Below, piece by piece: positions 12,148 through 23,672 of a DNA stretch of 64,000 nt (the first letter of the stretch is position 1; every line of letters begins with the position of its first letter). The position numbers and the translations under genes are program-made. Below the pieces are notes generated by a model that saw only the letters and a list, made by a program, of their open reading frames with translations, did not search any database and had not been told where the DNA came from. The stretch is from Tetramitus jugosus. Taxonomy: Eukaryota > Protista > Heterolobosea. The stretch lies in assembly GCA_937625935.1 (NCBI GenBank), contig OW569354.1, positions 496,001 to 560,000 on the forward strand, in the 5' to 3' direction.

Positions 12148-12484
12148 TTTTACCTCTTAACTAACAAAGAAAGCTCCAACACAAATCACAGAAACAAGAC
12201 CCATGGATGACGGATTTTCTTATTTTCCGTGTAATCCAAATAGAGGCTAGCCATTCACAGACATCTATCCATTTGGTGTCAGTCCGCAGAGAAATCTCTT
12301 CAGCTGTCCAACATTCATGCCCCGTGTGGTAATTCTCTCCAAGTTGATTTGGACGTGTAACAGTAACACCAACGAATTTTTGTCTCCTGGGCGACTGAAA
12401 CGTGGTGTGACACCCACAAGAAAACAATCCCATCAACAGCTCGCTCTTCCATACTCAAACCAAAAGTGTCACTCTTTCGAAATT

Positions 12485-14398
12485 ATGCCACAATTAACCA
12501 AAGAGGAGATCTTTAAATTGTTCGAATTTGATTTCTTGAATGTGACTGAACATCCGGATTGCTTTCAATTATTCCTGGCACATGCAAAAACAGAGCTCAA
12601 CTCTGAAGCACTCTACCTGTACATTCATCTCGAACTCCTGTTGACAAGGACAGGCAAGCACGAGAACATTTATCGAAAGCTGGTCTCACTCACTGAGAGT
12701 CACAATGTCACGCGGGCACTTAAGTCTGAGCAAACAAGAACCCTGAATTTTCAATTGAAAAAGTGGAACGATTACAATCTTGACACTGAGCACAATAACT
12801 CGTATGTGAGTAACATGGCAACAAATGGTGATTTGTTATCTGATGCTCCATCGATGCAAACAATGACAACTGCAACAACAACGAATACGGCTGCTACTAC
12901 GATCGCATCCAATGTGTTTTCTCACCTCTTTTTCAGGAGAAGGTCCAGCTTGAGTGGTAAGGCACTAGGGAGTGATGCGACGTACGAAGATTTGAATCAA
13001 ACAGTTTTTGTGCGATTGGTTGACTTGTACGCCAAATGCAAGGCCTTACGAAAATTATTCTATGGAACGAACAGCAAGTATCAAGTCAATGTGAGTAATG
13101 CAGTGTTGAACAATGTGGAGGATAGCTGGAGGGAGTTTAAGGAAATGTATATGACTGTGATACCTCAATTGTTTACGAACAGGCAACAACAGGTGGAGAT
13201 GACGAAGAGGGATGAAGAGAGGTCAGAGAAACATAACAATCATGACGCTGATGATGACGAGTCATTGGCAAGTGAATTGGATAGGAGTGAGTGTGAGACA
13301 GAAGATGAATTGTACAATGATGAGGAGATGGACACCCTCGAGGGAGAAGAGAGACAAGCCGCTCGCAGTAATTTGGAGTCAATAATGAATAATGCAGAGA
13401 AGTTAGTCGAGTCCATGTTTGGTTCTTCTCGTCTCGTTCTCATGCTCACACTATCCTCTGATATCTTCCCTCGATTCAAGAGATCAAAGAATTGGATTCG
13501 ATTCATCAGTACTCGATCGCTGGACGAGCTCAAGAAGTTTGGTACGAGTAAATCCAGTCTTCAGATCGAACCGTTGTTACTCACACCTCATGATCTCACT
13601 AGGGCCACGATCAATGCCAAGGATGTGGAGTTGGCAAAGGTATTGCTGAGAGATTACTATCATTGGAAGCCGATCACGCAAAAGAAACTATCTGTTTACT
13701 ATTCGAATTTTAAGGTGATGACAGATGAGGCGATTGAACAGTGTGGTTTCTTGCATGCGTTTAGATTGACATACGAGTTTGACAAGAGTGCTCTAGATAT
13801 GGCTCGAATGTTCATTTCAAAAAAGTATTACACAGCGCTGTCCCATTGGAAAGATATGCAATCGATTAGTTATGTTCCCTTGCAGTACAAGGTTGATGAG
13901 GCAACCGGGAAGCGAACCATTGAAAATTATGGAACATCTATTCTCTATTATCGAAAGAGAATGATTGTCTTCAAGAGAGAGTTTATTCAAGCTCACACAC
14001 TGATTCACGATGAAGAAACAGGCACTTATCTCGATGTTTTCAAGGTTTGTGATCACATAAACGCACCTGAAAGCAAGAAGGGCTATAAACGAGCCCTTTC
14101 CTATGGTGTTGCAGCGTTCACAGAGATGGGAGACAAGTGTCGATACACTTCAGTCTTCATGGTCAACCTGAGAGGTCACCTGGAAACAAAATCAGAAAGT
14201 CCAACTCTTGTTGAGAGACAGTCCATAAAAGCACACACACGACAAGCTGTGAAGAACATGCAAAGTTTTGCGGACGAAGCAAGCTTGTCCAATTTTGAAT
14301 TGGATGATGATTTGAAAATTCTCAGGACCCTGCGGGAGCACCAGGAGTACAATAAGATGGAGAGAACATCAAGAAATATCTCACAGACACCGTCGTAG
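12485..14398 (+). CDS. RGS-domain plus START-like domain protein
   Basis: N-terminal F..FLAHAKTELNSEALYL, YQVNVS and LSSDIFPRFKRSKNW form a split RGS domain. The C-terminal KREFI...GYKRA...CRYT..FMVNLRG is START-like. Probable start ATG at 12485. Confidence 0.75.
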   Translation: MPQLTKEEIFKLFEFDFLNVTEHPDCFQLFLAHAKTELNSEALYLYIHLELLLTRTGKHENIYRKLVSLTESHNVTRALKSEQTRTLNFQLKKWNDYNLDTEHNNSYVSNMATNGDLLSDAPSMQTMTTATTTNTAATTIASNVFSHLFFRRRSSLSGKALGSDATYEDLNQTVFVRLVDLYAKCKALRKLFYGTNSKYQVNVSNAVLNNVEDSWREFKEMYMTVIPQLFTNRQQQVEMTKRDEERSEKHNNHDADDDESLASELDRSECETEDELYNDEEMDTLEGEERQAARSNLESIMNNAEKLVESMFGSSRLVLMLTLSSDIFPRFKRSKNWIRFISTRSLDELKKFGTSKSSLQIEPLLLTPHDLTRATINAKDVELAKVLLRDYYHWKPITQKKLSVYYSNFKVMTDEAIEQCGFLHAFRLTYEFDKSALDMARMFISKKYYTALSHWKDMQSISYVPLQYKVDEATGKRTIENYGTSILYYRKRMIVFKREFIQAHTLIHDEETGTYLDVFKVCDHINAPESKKGYKRALSYGVAAFTEMGDKCRYTSVFMVNLRGHLETKSESPTLVERQSIKAHTRQAVKNMQSFADEASLSNFELDDDLKILRTLREHQEYNKMERTSRNISQTPS

Positions 14399-14713
14399 AT
14401 GGATGAAGAATAAAGATATGATGAGTGACACTGAGATTCTGGTAAATCATACACTCCTTCATTTGGGAAAAAACAAGACGCGGTCAATTATTTGCAGGAA
14501 GCAACAAAAAAAGCGACAAGAAAGAAATGATGGCTGACGCAAACATTTATGAGCTTGTCCTTCAGGTTGCAAGAGAATCCGATTGGACAAGTGCCAAAAC
14601 ACTCATCCTCCCCAACAGCGAGTATCATCAGATGAACTCAATGATGACCAGTCAATTTCACACTCAATAAAACAAGCGTTTTTTGTTTCAAAGAGTACGC
14701 TTTATTGTTTCTC

Positions 14714-17194
14714 TTACAATTTGTCCAAGTACATCATCGCTGTAGGGATCTCAGGTTTGAGTCCTTTGCGAACACGGATTTCAGTTGCGATCTTATGTGC
14801 AATAGTGTCCTTCTCGTATGGATTCGAGTTCATTGTTCTCCAATGATCGAATGAACACTGAGGGAATGCTTGTCCAGATGTAGCAGCTCTCAATTCCTCT
14901 GTCAAACCAAAACTCTCAAGGACTGGAATATGACATATGACAGTGTACAACGTACCCACAGTTTGTTCTGTGGCCAATATCATTCCCTTTCTCTTATTCA
15001 CTACATTGTAAATTCCACCGAGAGCATTGTCAACAGTTTGGATTTCAACTTTGTACATTGGTTCAACTAATCGAGGTTGAGCTGAGAGTTGACTCGAGTA
15101 GTAGGCTTTTCTTGCTGCTGGTATCAATTGGCCACCACCTCTGTGAATAGCATCAGCATGCAGAACAGCGTCTATGACATTGAATCGTACTCCTCTCATA
15201 CTCTCCTCACAAAGACCACCTTCCTTTGAAGCCCATTGGAAACTTGAAACAACACTTTCTTTGATTTCGTTCATGAAGTCAGTGGACTTAGTACAATCCA
15301 CTACCACATTAGGTCCACAGTCAGCAGGTCCAAAACACCAAATCTTCTTTGCTGAGTTAGCATCCCAACCTTGGTAAGTGTCCACAATGTGTTTTGAAAG
15401 AGTCTTGGAATCCATTAGTGATGGGTTAAGAATGTTATTCTCCAAGTCAAGACTCATCTGCTCATCAATAGGAAGAGCTTGCATATAGAGTCTGTTGTGC
15501 TTGTTTGCAGATTTTGATAGGCAGATATCAGACATTTGAGTTACCGTTTCCTTGAAAGTGACCACTGGCTTTGATTTCAATAGTTTGATGCCTTTGCAGT
15601 ACTGATTCTCAAGATCTCCAAAACAAATATCCAGATGAAGTTCTCCAGCTCCAGCCATAATATGCTGACCTGTCTCTGATATCGTACATTGAAGCAGCGG
15701 ATCACTCTTGGTTAGTTTCTTCAGGCCTTCGACCAACTTGCCAATGTCAGAAGCCTTTTCTGTTTCTACAGCAATTTGAACGACAGGACTCACAGAGTAT
15801 TTCATATTCTTGAATGGGTGAGCGTCAGTGCATTCGAGATCAGTTACAGTACCAGTTTTGACGATCGCATTATCCAATCCCACCATACCAATACAGTTAC
15901 CGCATTGAGTTTCATCTACAGATCTAGTGACTCTTCCCATCATAACAAGAAGTCTTTGAACGCTTCCCTTGTAAACATCAGCTTTTGATTGTGTTGTTGC
16001 CTCATATTGAGGACCCATGATTCTTACTTTGTGACCCTGTTTAAGGGTGCCACTGAAGACTCTTCCAAATGCAACGAATTTACCTCCAGAACCTTCTGAA
16101 GGAACCATCTTTGAAACATAGACCATCAGAGGTCCATTTTCATCACAATCTCTAATTGCAGTAGCATACTTGTCATCTGTCGGGCCTGTATACAACAATG
16201 AATATCTGTACTTTTGGGCAGTTTTTGGTGAAGGTAATCGATCAACAATAAGTTCGATTAGAGCTTCGTGGGCTGGAAGAAACTTTTGCATTACATTTTT
16301 CATCAATTCCTTTGAAGTAGCTTCTCTTTCTTGAGTTGTCAGGCGAACATCCAGAGCCGACAACATTGAATCGAGTTGGATCAGATCATTGTCATTGACA
16401 ACTTTAAACAGATTGAAGATTGGTTCCAACACGAATTGACAGAAACCTCGTTTGAGAGTCTTCCCTGTCTTTTTGGAAATTCTATCTTTCTGCCACTTAT
16501 TCGAATCGGGACAGAAGAACCAATCACCCCAGAGTTTCTTCAGAACTTTGTCTTCAGCAATCTTGAATTTTGAAGCATACATCTTTGCGAATCTTCTCAG
16601 AGTGAATGCCCAACCCATTTTACCAGCTCCTATTGCAACATTGCCTTTCACAGGACTCACCTCGAAGCTATAACCAAGTGAGTGGTCAGTGTAGGTGGAG
16701 ATGATCACATTGACACTTTCGACAATTCTTAGAAGGTTCTGATAGCACTCCTCAGGATCTAATTGAAGTTCAACAATTGCACGATCAAGCTTGTTGATCA
16801 TTAACACTGGCACAATTCTTTCTTGGAGTGCCTGTCTTAGAACAGTTTCAGTCTGAGAACGACATCCCTCGACTGAGTCAACAACGACCATGGCTCCGTC
16901 AGTTACTCGAAGCGCGGCAGTCACTTCAGAAGAGAAATCAACATGACCAGGAGAATCAATGAGATTAATTAAGTACTCTTGTTCCTTGTACGGAAACATG
17001 AGAGAGATGGCTGTGGACTTGATCGTAATGCCCTTTTCGATCTCATCTGGACGAGTGTCCATGTACCTCTTGTTGCCAATGGCAGAGTGGGAGATGATAC
17101 CTGCAGCTCCAACGAGAGAATCAGTCAGGGTACTCTTGCCGTGATCCACATGGGCGATCACAGAAATATTTCGGATGTTTGTGCTTGATGTCAT
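14714..17194 (-). CDS. EEF2: Eukaryotic elongation factor 2 (divergent, intronless paralogue)
   Basis: NIRNISVIAHVDHGKSTLTDSL, GITIKST, LIDSPGHVDFSSEVTAALRVTDGA, NKLD, the diphthamide loop LHADAIHRGGGQ and C-terminal YLDKL. Confidence 0.95.
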   Translation of the reverse strand: MTSSTNIRNISVIAHVDHGKSTLTDSLVGAAGIISHSAIGNKRYMDTRPDEIEKGITIKSTAISLMFPYKEQEYLINLIDSPGHVDFSSEVTAALRVTDGAMVVVDSVEGCRSQTETVLRQALQERIVPVLMINKLDRAIVELQLDPEECYQNLLRIVESVNVIISTYTDHSLGYSFEVSPVKGNVAIGAGKMGWAFTLRRFAKMYASKFKIAEDKVLKKLWGDWFFCPDSNKWQKDRISKKTGKTLKRGFCQFVLEPIFNLFKVVNDNDLIQLDSMLSALDVRLTTQEREATSKELMKNVMQKFLPAHEALIELIVDRLPSPKTAQKYRYSLLYTGPTDDKYATAIRDCDENGPLMVYVSKMVPSEGSGGKFVAFGRVFSGTLKQGHKVRIMGPQYEATTQSKADVYKGSVQRLLVMMGRVTRSVDETQCGNCIGMVGLDNAIVKTGTVTDLECTDAHPFKNMKYSVSPVVQIAVETEKASDIGKLVEGLKKLTKSDPLLQCTISETGQHIMAGAGELHLDICFGDLENQYCKGIKLLKSKPVVTFKETVTQMSDICLSKSANKHNRLYMQALPIDEQMSLDLENNILNPSLMDSKTLSKHIVDTYQGWDANSAKKIWCFGPADCGPNVVVDCTKSTDFMNEIKESVVSSFQWASKEGGLCEESMRGVRFNVIDAVLHADAIHRGGGQLIPAARKAYYSSQLSAQPRLVEPMYKVEIQTVDNALGGIYNVVNKRKGMILATEQTVGTLYTVICHIPVLESFGLTEELRAATSGQAFPQCSFDHWRTMNSNPYEKDTIAHKIATEIRVRKGLKPEIPTAMMYLDKL

Positions 17195-17461
17195 GGTTCT
17201 ACTATCGGAAGGAGTGTTTTAGTCAGAGTATCTTTTAGATTCAGTTATGTTATTGTTTGTTCTTACTTTAACTCTGCTTTTCAAGATCCGCATTTTATAG
17301 CTGGTTAAGTCGGATTACTCCTACTGGTAGGTGCACATGGGAATTTGCACTCTCACCAAATATGGCAAATTATCTTCTGCAAGGGCGAAATTGCACTCAA
17401 CAGTGCAACGACAAAATTGCAGTCACACCAATCGGGGAAGCAAGAGAACACAAAACCAAAA

Positions 17462-17580
17462 GCCTACATTACTGAGGGTTCTCGAGTAGTCTCCTATCTC
17501 AATACTAACTCAGCCAGATGGTGCTTAACTTCTCTATTCGAAATGGGAAGAGGTGGTTCCACCATTGTATGAACGTAGAC
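17462..17580 (-). rRNA. 5S rRNA gene
   Basis: Reverse complement matches the 12029-12147 copy, with a T-run terminator and the same conserved 5' flank. Confidence 0.93.
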
Positions 17581-17631
17581 ACTTTACTTGAATTATTGCC
17601 CTATTTCCGCCTTTTTCTGAGCGGAATCTGA

Positions 17632-18341
17632 ATTTGGCCTTCACTGTCTTCCCAGAGCTCTGTTAAGAGTCGAAGATTGCTTGCAATGACAGTAGTAGAC
17701 GAGTTAGTGGAGCTAGGAGTGGCACGAAAGAGTTTTATCGACATCTGGTTTGACAATTTGCGACTGAGGGAAGGCAAATTGTCGCGAAGACCTATCAAGA
17801 AAACCAGCAAGAATATCTTCAAGGAATGATGGGCATCGAGGTAGATACCATCGAGCAGGTAACAGATAGATTGGTGCTTAACGGGATGAAGAAGTCAGTA
17901 GCCGCAAAGAAAGCCAAAACATTCGTGAACAGTGTGAAGCGGAGATGTCTCACAACCCTCCATCAACTGTTCACCTCAACCAAAGAGAAACAGAAGCAAT
18001 GACGAGCTGTATGTACCATTCTCAAGAAGCTCTACAAAGGTATCACAAACCGCGCGAAACTAATGGTTGACGATCACCCTCTGTGTCTAAAGGAGTTCGA
18101 ATACATCTTTCCGCCTGCAAGGTCGGAACAAGGTCGTTTATGGTGCTGAAGGTGTTAGTATCCCAGATGAGTGGGTGTGGATGTGCCGAAAGGAAAAAAG
18201 AGGTCAGTCGAAAGTGCAGAACCGAACGAGGGTAAGTTCGGGCGTCATTGCCTACCAACCGGTAACTAACCACGAAGAGCGTAGGCACGTGAAAGAGCAA
18301 GACAATAAAAAGAGCAACCGAAATGGTTGTATTTAAAAAAA
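17632..18341 (+). mobile_element. Degenerate, internally rearranged 5'-truncated copy of the same non-LTR element, upstream of a 5S gene
   Basis: Encodes IDIWFDNLRLREGK...QGMMGIE...KKAKTFVNSVKRR, homologous to the 10938-11981 ORF. Same 3' end (GCAACCGAAATGGTTGTATTT plus A-run). Degenerate TSD CTGAGCGGAATCTGA (17617-17631) versus CAGAGCTGAATCATGA (18342-18357). Confidence 0.88.
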
Positions 18342-20542
18342 CAGAGCTGAATCATGACAGTGCTTCCATGAGCAGCGATTTATTTCACATTTACTTTCGT
18401 ATTTGTTCCCGATTCATGGCGAGATTGATGATTCCTATTCATCATTGATATACTTGCTACTGGTGCACCGTGGAGTTAGTGCTTACTACTATCGAAGCCA
18501 AGTAGCGTCCACAAAGAAGTACCAGAAAGATTTTCAACTTTTTCTGGCCCAAGGACTGGAAACTACGAATGTTGAAAGAGGGATGTTATGCGTTCGTATC
18601 CTTGGCAAGTTATGCTCTTCTATATTCGCTGAAATATTTGAAGCACTCAAACCGTTTTTGTGGAATGTGGTTTTGAAATTTACCGATTCTGATGAGTTAA
18701 GTGAAAGTTAAGTGTTGATTGTGGAGTATCAGGCTAAGAGCGCTTTTGAAAAGATGTTTCTATAGCACAATCTATAGTACAGCTCCTGTTCGATCTTGCT
18801 TTTGAGTTCACAGAAAGATCTGAATTGACATTTAGCGAGGAGTTGGCTCACTTGATCCACGATGGAAGTGCCAAGATAGAGTCTAATAAGTTGTCATTGT
18901 ATTTGAGATCACTGACGACCACGTTGGAAAACCTAGCGGTAACCATTCTATCTAATCATCGTAATCACGAAGCAAGAGACAAACTAAGCGGTGCACTACA
19001 TTCAATTGAATTCGTCCCAGCGAACGCCGAATTGATTGACAATGGTGTTGTGCATAGATTGTATAGTACAGTATATAGTTGTCCATCTATTGAGGTGGAC
19101 ATAATCATATTTCCTTGCTGGACTCTCTATCTCGACTTTATTCGAAACAATCTTCTTGTTGGTGTGGAGGAAGCTCACAAATTGTCACCTTCAAATCACA
19201 TGAGTTTATTTCATTACACGATTTCATTGGTATGCAGGGGATTTAACGCTCAGAACTGACCACATTTCATCATTCGATGATGGATCGCTCATTTTTGAAT
19301 GAGCTGTCTGAGAGTGCAGTGTGTGAGAAGCATCAATAGATTCTTCAACCACTGGTCGCTCGTTTGATGGTGGCAACAAAATCAGCCGCCGAGTGATTGG
19401 GACACAAGGGTGCAATAGAGTGGGCAGATACTCCTCATTCATCACATGGCTGACTCCACATGACAACATCAATCATGAAACATTCGGTACAGTCAATGTC
19501 TGATTCTTCTGTTTCTTCCTTGCCAAGAACGGTCGTGATGTTCATATCTACACAGCATACCATTTGAGGTAGGTGCAGTTGGCTCAAACATATTTGTTGG
19601 TTGGGAAATTCTCTCTCTTGTTGGAAAGCTATAAGTCCCATTAACCGTTCCATCTCAAAGGAGTAGAACAGGGTTGCGATTACCCAAATACCCCTTCAGC
19701 AAGGGCAACAAGATAAAAATCTATCACCATTGTCTTTTCTGAGAGCTCGAATATCACGCAAAAGTTGCTGCTTGGTTCCCCTGGAGTTCTCAACCGACCA
19801 ACTGCCCCCTGGAGTTTTCAACAATACCAATATGTTGGATCTGATGAAGAAAGAGGATCCATGAGGGCCATTATTGGTATCACTCACAAAATGAGATAGT
19901 TTGAAATGAGAGATGTGAGACTGGTGGTGTCTCATGTGAATTACATTGCTGCATTCTCTGCTGTTGCTCTATGGAAACATGATTGGCCACCACGTGTTGT
20001 ACAATATTGGTCAATTTTCAATCGACTGCCGCTGCAAAGGATAATTAAGTACTTGAACAAAACTGGTAGTCCATGAAAAATAATGCTCATGTTTTGATCC
20101 TTTCGCTGCTCTGTTGAATAAAGTGCATAACATTTCTTTTTTTGGAGATGATCCGGGTTGTATTCCCCAATGAATCTTTCGAAACAATCAACGATCATTA
20201 TTTTGATTTAATAAGTGCAGTAATCATTTTCAATCCATGGGGCAAGAGGACCCCATGACGACACTCTGCAGCGCGATTTCTATGTACGGCTGTCTCCCCA
20301 TTTGTATAAATTATTGCAATGAACGGGACCTCGACGCGATCATTTTCTAAAAGAGATAGGCCTCGCTTCTTCTAGGTCAGAATGAGATGTTCTAGCAGAC
20401 CCCTTAGTCTTGTCACATGTTCTGAGTTATACCGTTAATCACCTGATCCAATAACCAGAAGCCTCTCAAAGAATAGTCTACAGCAGTACAAACACATCTA
20501 AACCAACATAACAACAATAATCCAGTTCGGTTAGGTATTATC

Positions 20543-21262
20543 ATGACTGAAGCCATTCTATTTAGTGACAAATTAACTGGAATTTCTCTACAAGTAACTG
20601 CGGTAGATCAGCCGCGACGAGCCACTGAACCGCAGCTCGGATCTCCAGAAAGCGATTCCTATCCGATGATCCACCTCCCTCGGATTGTAACTCGACCACA
20701 AGTTTCTTGCTCTCGTGCCATTGATCCATCAAAGCCAACATCCTTCCGCAACACCATCCAAATCTCAAGGTCTGACATGGAGAAGTACTTCAATTGTCCT
20801 CAGCGTTTGGCTGCTCAAAAGTTGGGTGTTTCCGTGTCAACTCTCAAGAGACGATTCTATCAATTGAAAATGGGTCGATGGCCTTGTCAGTTGACACAAG
20901 ACAGAAGGAGAAGAAGTGTGTGGCACTTGGTGAATGAAGTGGAGCCAAAGAGTGAAAAGGAACTGTGTCCAAACACTGTTCAAACACTGACTCGTCTCTT
21001 CTCAATGAACCTCCAAGAGCAACAAATGTTGGCCACTCAAAATCTATCATCACAAAGAAATCTCTCAATCAACGGAAGTGAACCTCCAAACTTCAAGTTC
21101 ATGCGATATGTGCCAAGCAGTGAAACTATGACCAAACCTGTGACAACCACCAATGGAATTCGAAAGAAGCACAGAAGATTTTTGAGAATAGATGGATCTG
21201 CAAAAGGGGAAGCCAACGGAACGAAGCAAAATCATTCTGGAACTACCTTCTCAGGCAATTAG
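20543..21262 (+). CDS. RWP-RK transcription factor, copy 1
   Basis: ISRSDMEKYFNCPQRLAAQKLGVSVSTLKRRFYQLKMGRWP matches the RWP-RK domain pattern. Confidence 0.9.
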   Translation: MTEAILFSDKLTGISLQVTAVDQPRRATEPQLGSPESDSYPMIHLPRIVTRPQVSCSRAIDPSKPTSFRNTIQISRSDMEKYFNCPQRLAAQKLGVSVSTLKRRFYQLKMGRWPCQLTQDRRRRSVWHLVNEVEPKSEKELCPNTVQTLTRLFSMNLQEQQMLATQNLSSQRNLSINGSEPPNFKFMRYVPSSETMTKPVTTTNGIRKKHRRFLRIDGSAKGEANGTKQNHSGTTFSGN

Positions 21263-22560
21263 AACCAGTGCGAAGAAGGACATCAAATCTACCAGAGTTC
21301 AAGTGCATGTTCTTATGGCTCAGCTGAAGAAGGCTTGTAGAACAACTCTGAACCATTTGTACACTACCTTATTACTATCGGCATCGTTCAACTTTGATTG
21401 TCGGCTGCGGACGAACACGGTTCTTCGATAATATTGCACCATTCACACTAGAAATGAAGGAGCTTCCAAGGTTATCAACCTTTGAATCTCGACAATGTAA
21501 ATACAACAAAAGAATTATTCAAACATCACCTCTTTGCTAGATTTAGAATTGCTTCTTATGTATGATTGAATGCAATCTCTCACCAATCAGAAGAGCTCCA
21601 TGCACCACCGGGACGTTCCATTCCACAACGAGAATGCACGACACCAACATAAATTCTCATCGGTTTGCACCAACATTCTTATGCTTGTTTTGTGTTGCGT
21701 TAAGGAGCCTGGGGGAGATTTACACCGTATCAAAAATAATCCATTTCTATTCGACACGACTTTCTGTAATTTTTGAGTTCGCGATAATCTGGCAGTATAT
21801 TTCATCGCTTTTGCTATCGGAAAAATGTGAAAGGGTTTCGCCTCCAAAACAGTTTAGTTGGACTGCTTTTCAAGTTGGCTGCTGTTCACATTAGTTTGGA
21901 CAAATTCAACTGCATTTAATTACAAACGTCAGCGGTCTATTGGAGGGGACTCCCCTTTTTAAACAGGAGCAACTGAACCCACTCCAGATCGAAGCAAAAT
22001 TAATCTTGCCAGCCCGAACACATTGCCGATCTCTATTTTTCCATGGGAGATTCGTCAGTGATGAGTGATAGTTAAGTCATGGATGAAAATGGTCATGTGT
22101 TGATCCTTTCGCTGCTCTGTCGAATAAAGCTCAGAACATTTCTTTTTTTGGTCTCCGGACGTTGTATGACACAAATGAATCTCCAGACACATCACCTACC
22201 AGTGACGAGAATTGTTAAGTTGAGCGATGATTGAAACAATACATGGGGAAAGCTTGTGGTTCTCCAAGGGTGACACCCCTACCAACACACCAACACACGA
22301 CTTCTATGTAGTGTTCCCTTTGTATAAAAGGTGTAATGATAGGGAACTCGGCGCGATCGTTTTCTAAAAGAGAGAGTTCTCGCTGCTTCTAGGTGAGCCT
22401 GACATGCCCGATGTTCACTTGCATCCCTTAGTGTTGACATGTTCAGAGTTATACCGTTGAGTAGCAGATCCAATAACGAGAAGACTGTTAGGACTTTTGT
22501 CACATTAAACACATCTAAACCAATAACTACAATCCAGTACTCCCCCTGTTAGGTATTATC

Positions 22561-23277
22561 ATGACAGAAGCCATACTACCAAGTGCCAAATTAACGGAAA
22601 TTTCTCTACAAGCCTCTGTGATATTTCATAAGCAACGAGCCACTGAACCACAGCTTGACTCTGCAGAAAATGATTTCCCTCGGGCAGGAAGTCAAATTCC
22701 AGTCTCTTGTTCTCGTGCCATTGACCCATCAAAGCCAACATCCTTCCGCAACACCATCCAAATCTCAAGGTCTGACATGGAGAAGTACTTCAATTGTCCT
22801 CAGCGTTTGGCTGCTCAAAAGTTGGGTGTTTCCGTGTCAACTCTCAAGAGAAGGTTCTATCAATTGAAAATGGGTCGATGGCCTTGTCAGTTGACACAAG
22901 ACAGAAGGAGAAGAAGTGTGTGGCACTTGGTGAATGAAGTGGAGCCAAAGAGTGAAAAGGAATTGTGTCCAAACACTGTTCAAACACTGACTCGTCTCTT
23001 CTCAATGAACCTCCAAGAGCAACAACTGTTGGCCACTCAAAATCTATCATCACAAAGAAATCTCTCAAGCAATGGGAGTGAACCTCCTCCTCTGAAGTTC
23101 ATGCGATATGTGCCAAGCAGTGAAACCATGACCAAACCTGTGACAAACACCAATGGGATTCGAAAGAAGCACAGAAGGTTTTTGAGATTAGACGCTGGCA
23201 TCAGCGATGGATCTCGAAAAGGAGATGCCAACGGAACCAGACACAACCATTCTGGAACTACTTTCTCAGGCAATTGA
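22561..23277 (+). CDS. RWP-RK transcription factor, copy 2
   Basis: Near-identical core to copy 1. Confidence 0.9.
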   Translation: MTEAILPSAKLTEISLQASVIFHKQRATEPQLDSAENDFPRAGSQIPVSCSRAIDPSKPTSFRNTIQISRSDMEKYFNCPQRLAAQKLGVSVSTLKRRFYQLKMGRWPCQLTQDRRRRSVWHLVNEVEPKSEKELCPNTVQTLTRLFSMNLQEQQLLATQNLSSQRNLSSNGSEPPPLKFMRYVPSSETMTKPVTNTNGIRKKHRRFLRLDAGISDGSRKGDANGTRHNHSGTTFSGN

Positions 23278-23672
23278 AACACTTTGAAGTTGTTGGCATT
23301 CACTATATCATTTGTTCAATGCATCCACTAGGAACCCTTTCTGCTGAAGAAGACTTATAGAACAGCTCTGGACTACTTGTACACTACATTACTATTATCG
23401 GCATCACTCAACTGTCACTAGAAACTGTAACTCTATCTAGAAAATATTGTCCCTTACACCCGTACCAGAAATGAAGGAGCTTTCAACGTTGTCAATATTT
23501 GAATCTCGACAATGTAAATACAACAGAATTATTCAAACATCACCTCTCATCGGTTTGCACCAATGCTCTTAAGTTTGTTGTGTTGGGCTAAGGCATCATG
23601 GAGAAGATTACTCCATGGATCGATCCTGCAGACAAATACGGTGCTGTTGGCGTTAGGTTCACTAATAGTATT

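Noticed and set aside
18360-19260. ORF pieces 18403-18711 and 18825-19259
   Set aside because: Non-ATG starts and no motif. Only a faint, unconvincing resemblance to 10646-10800.
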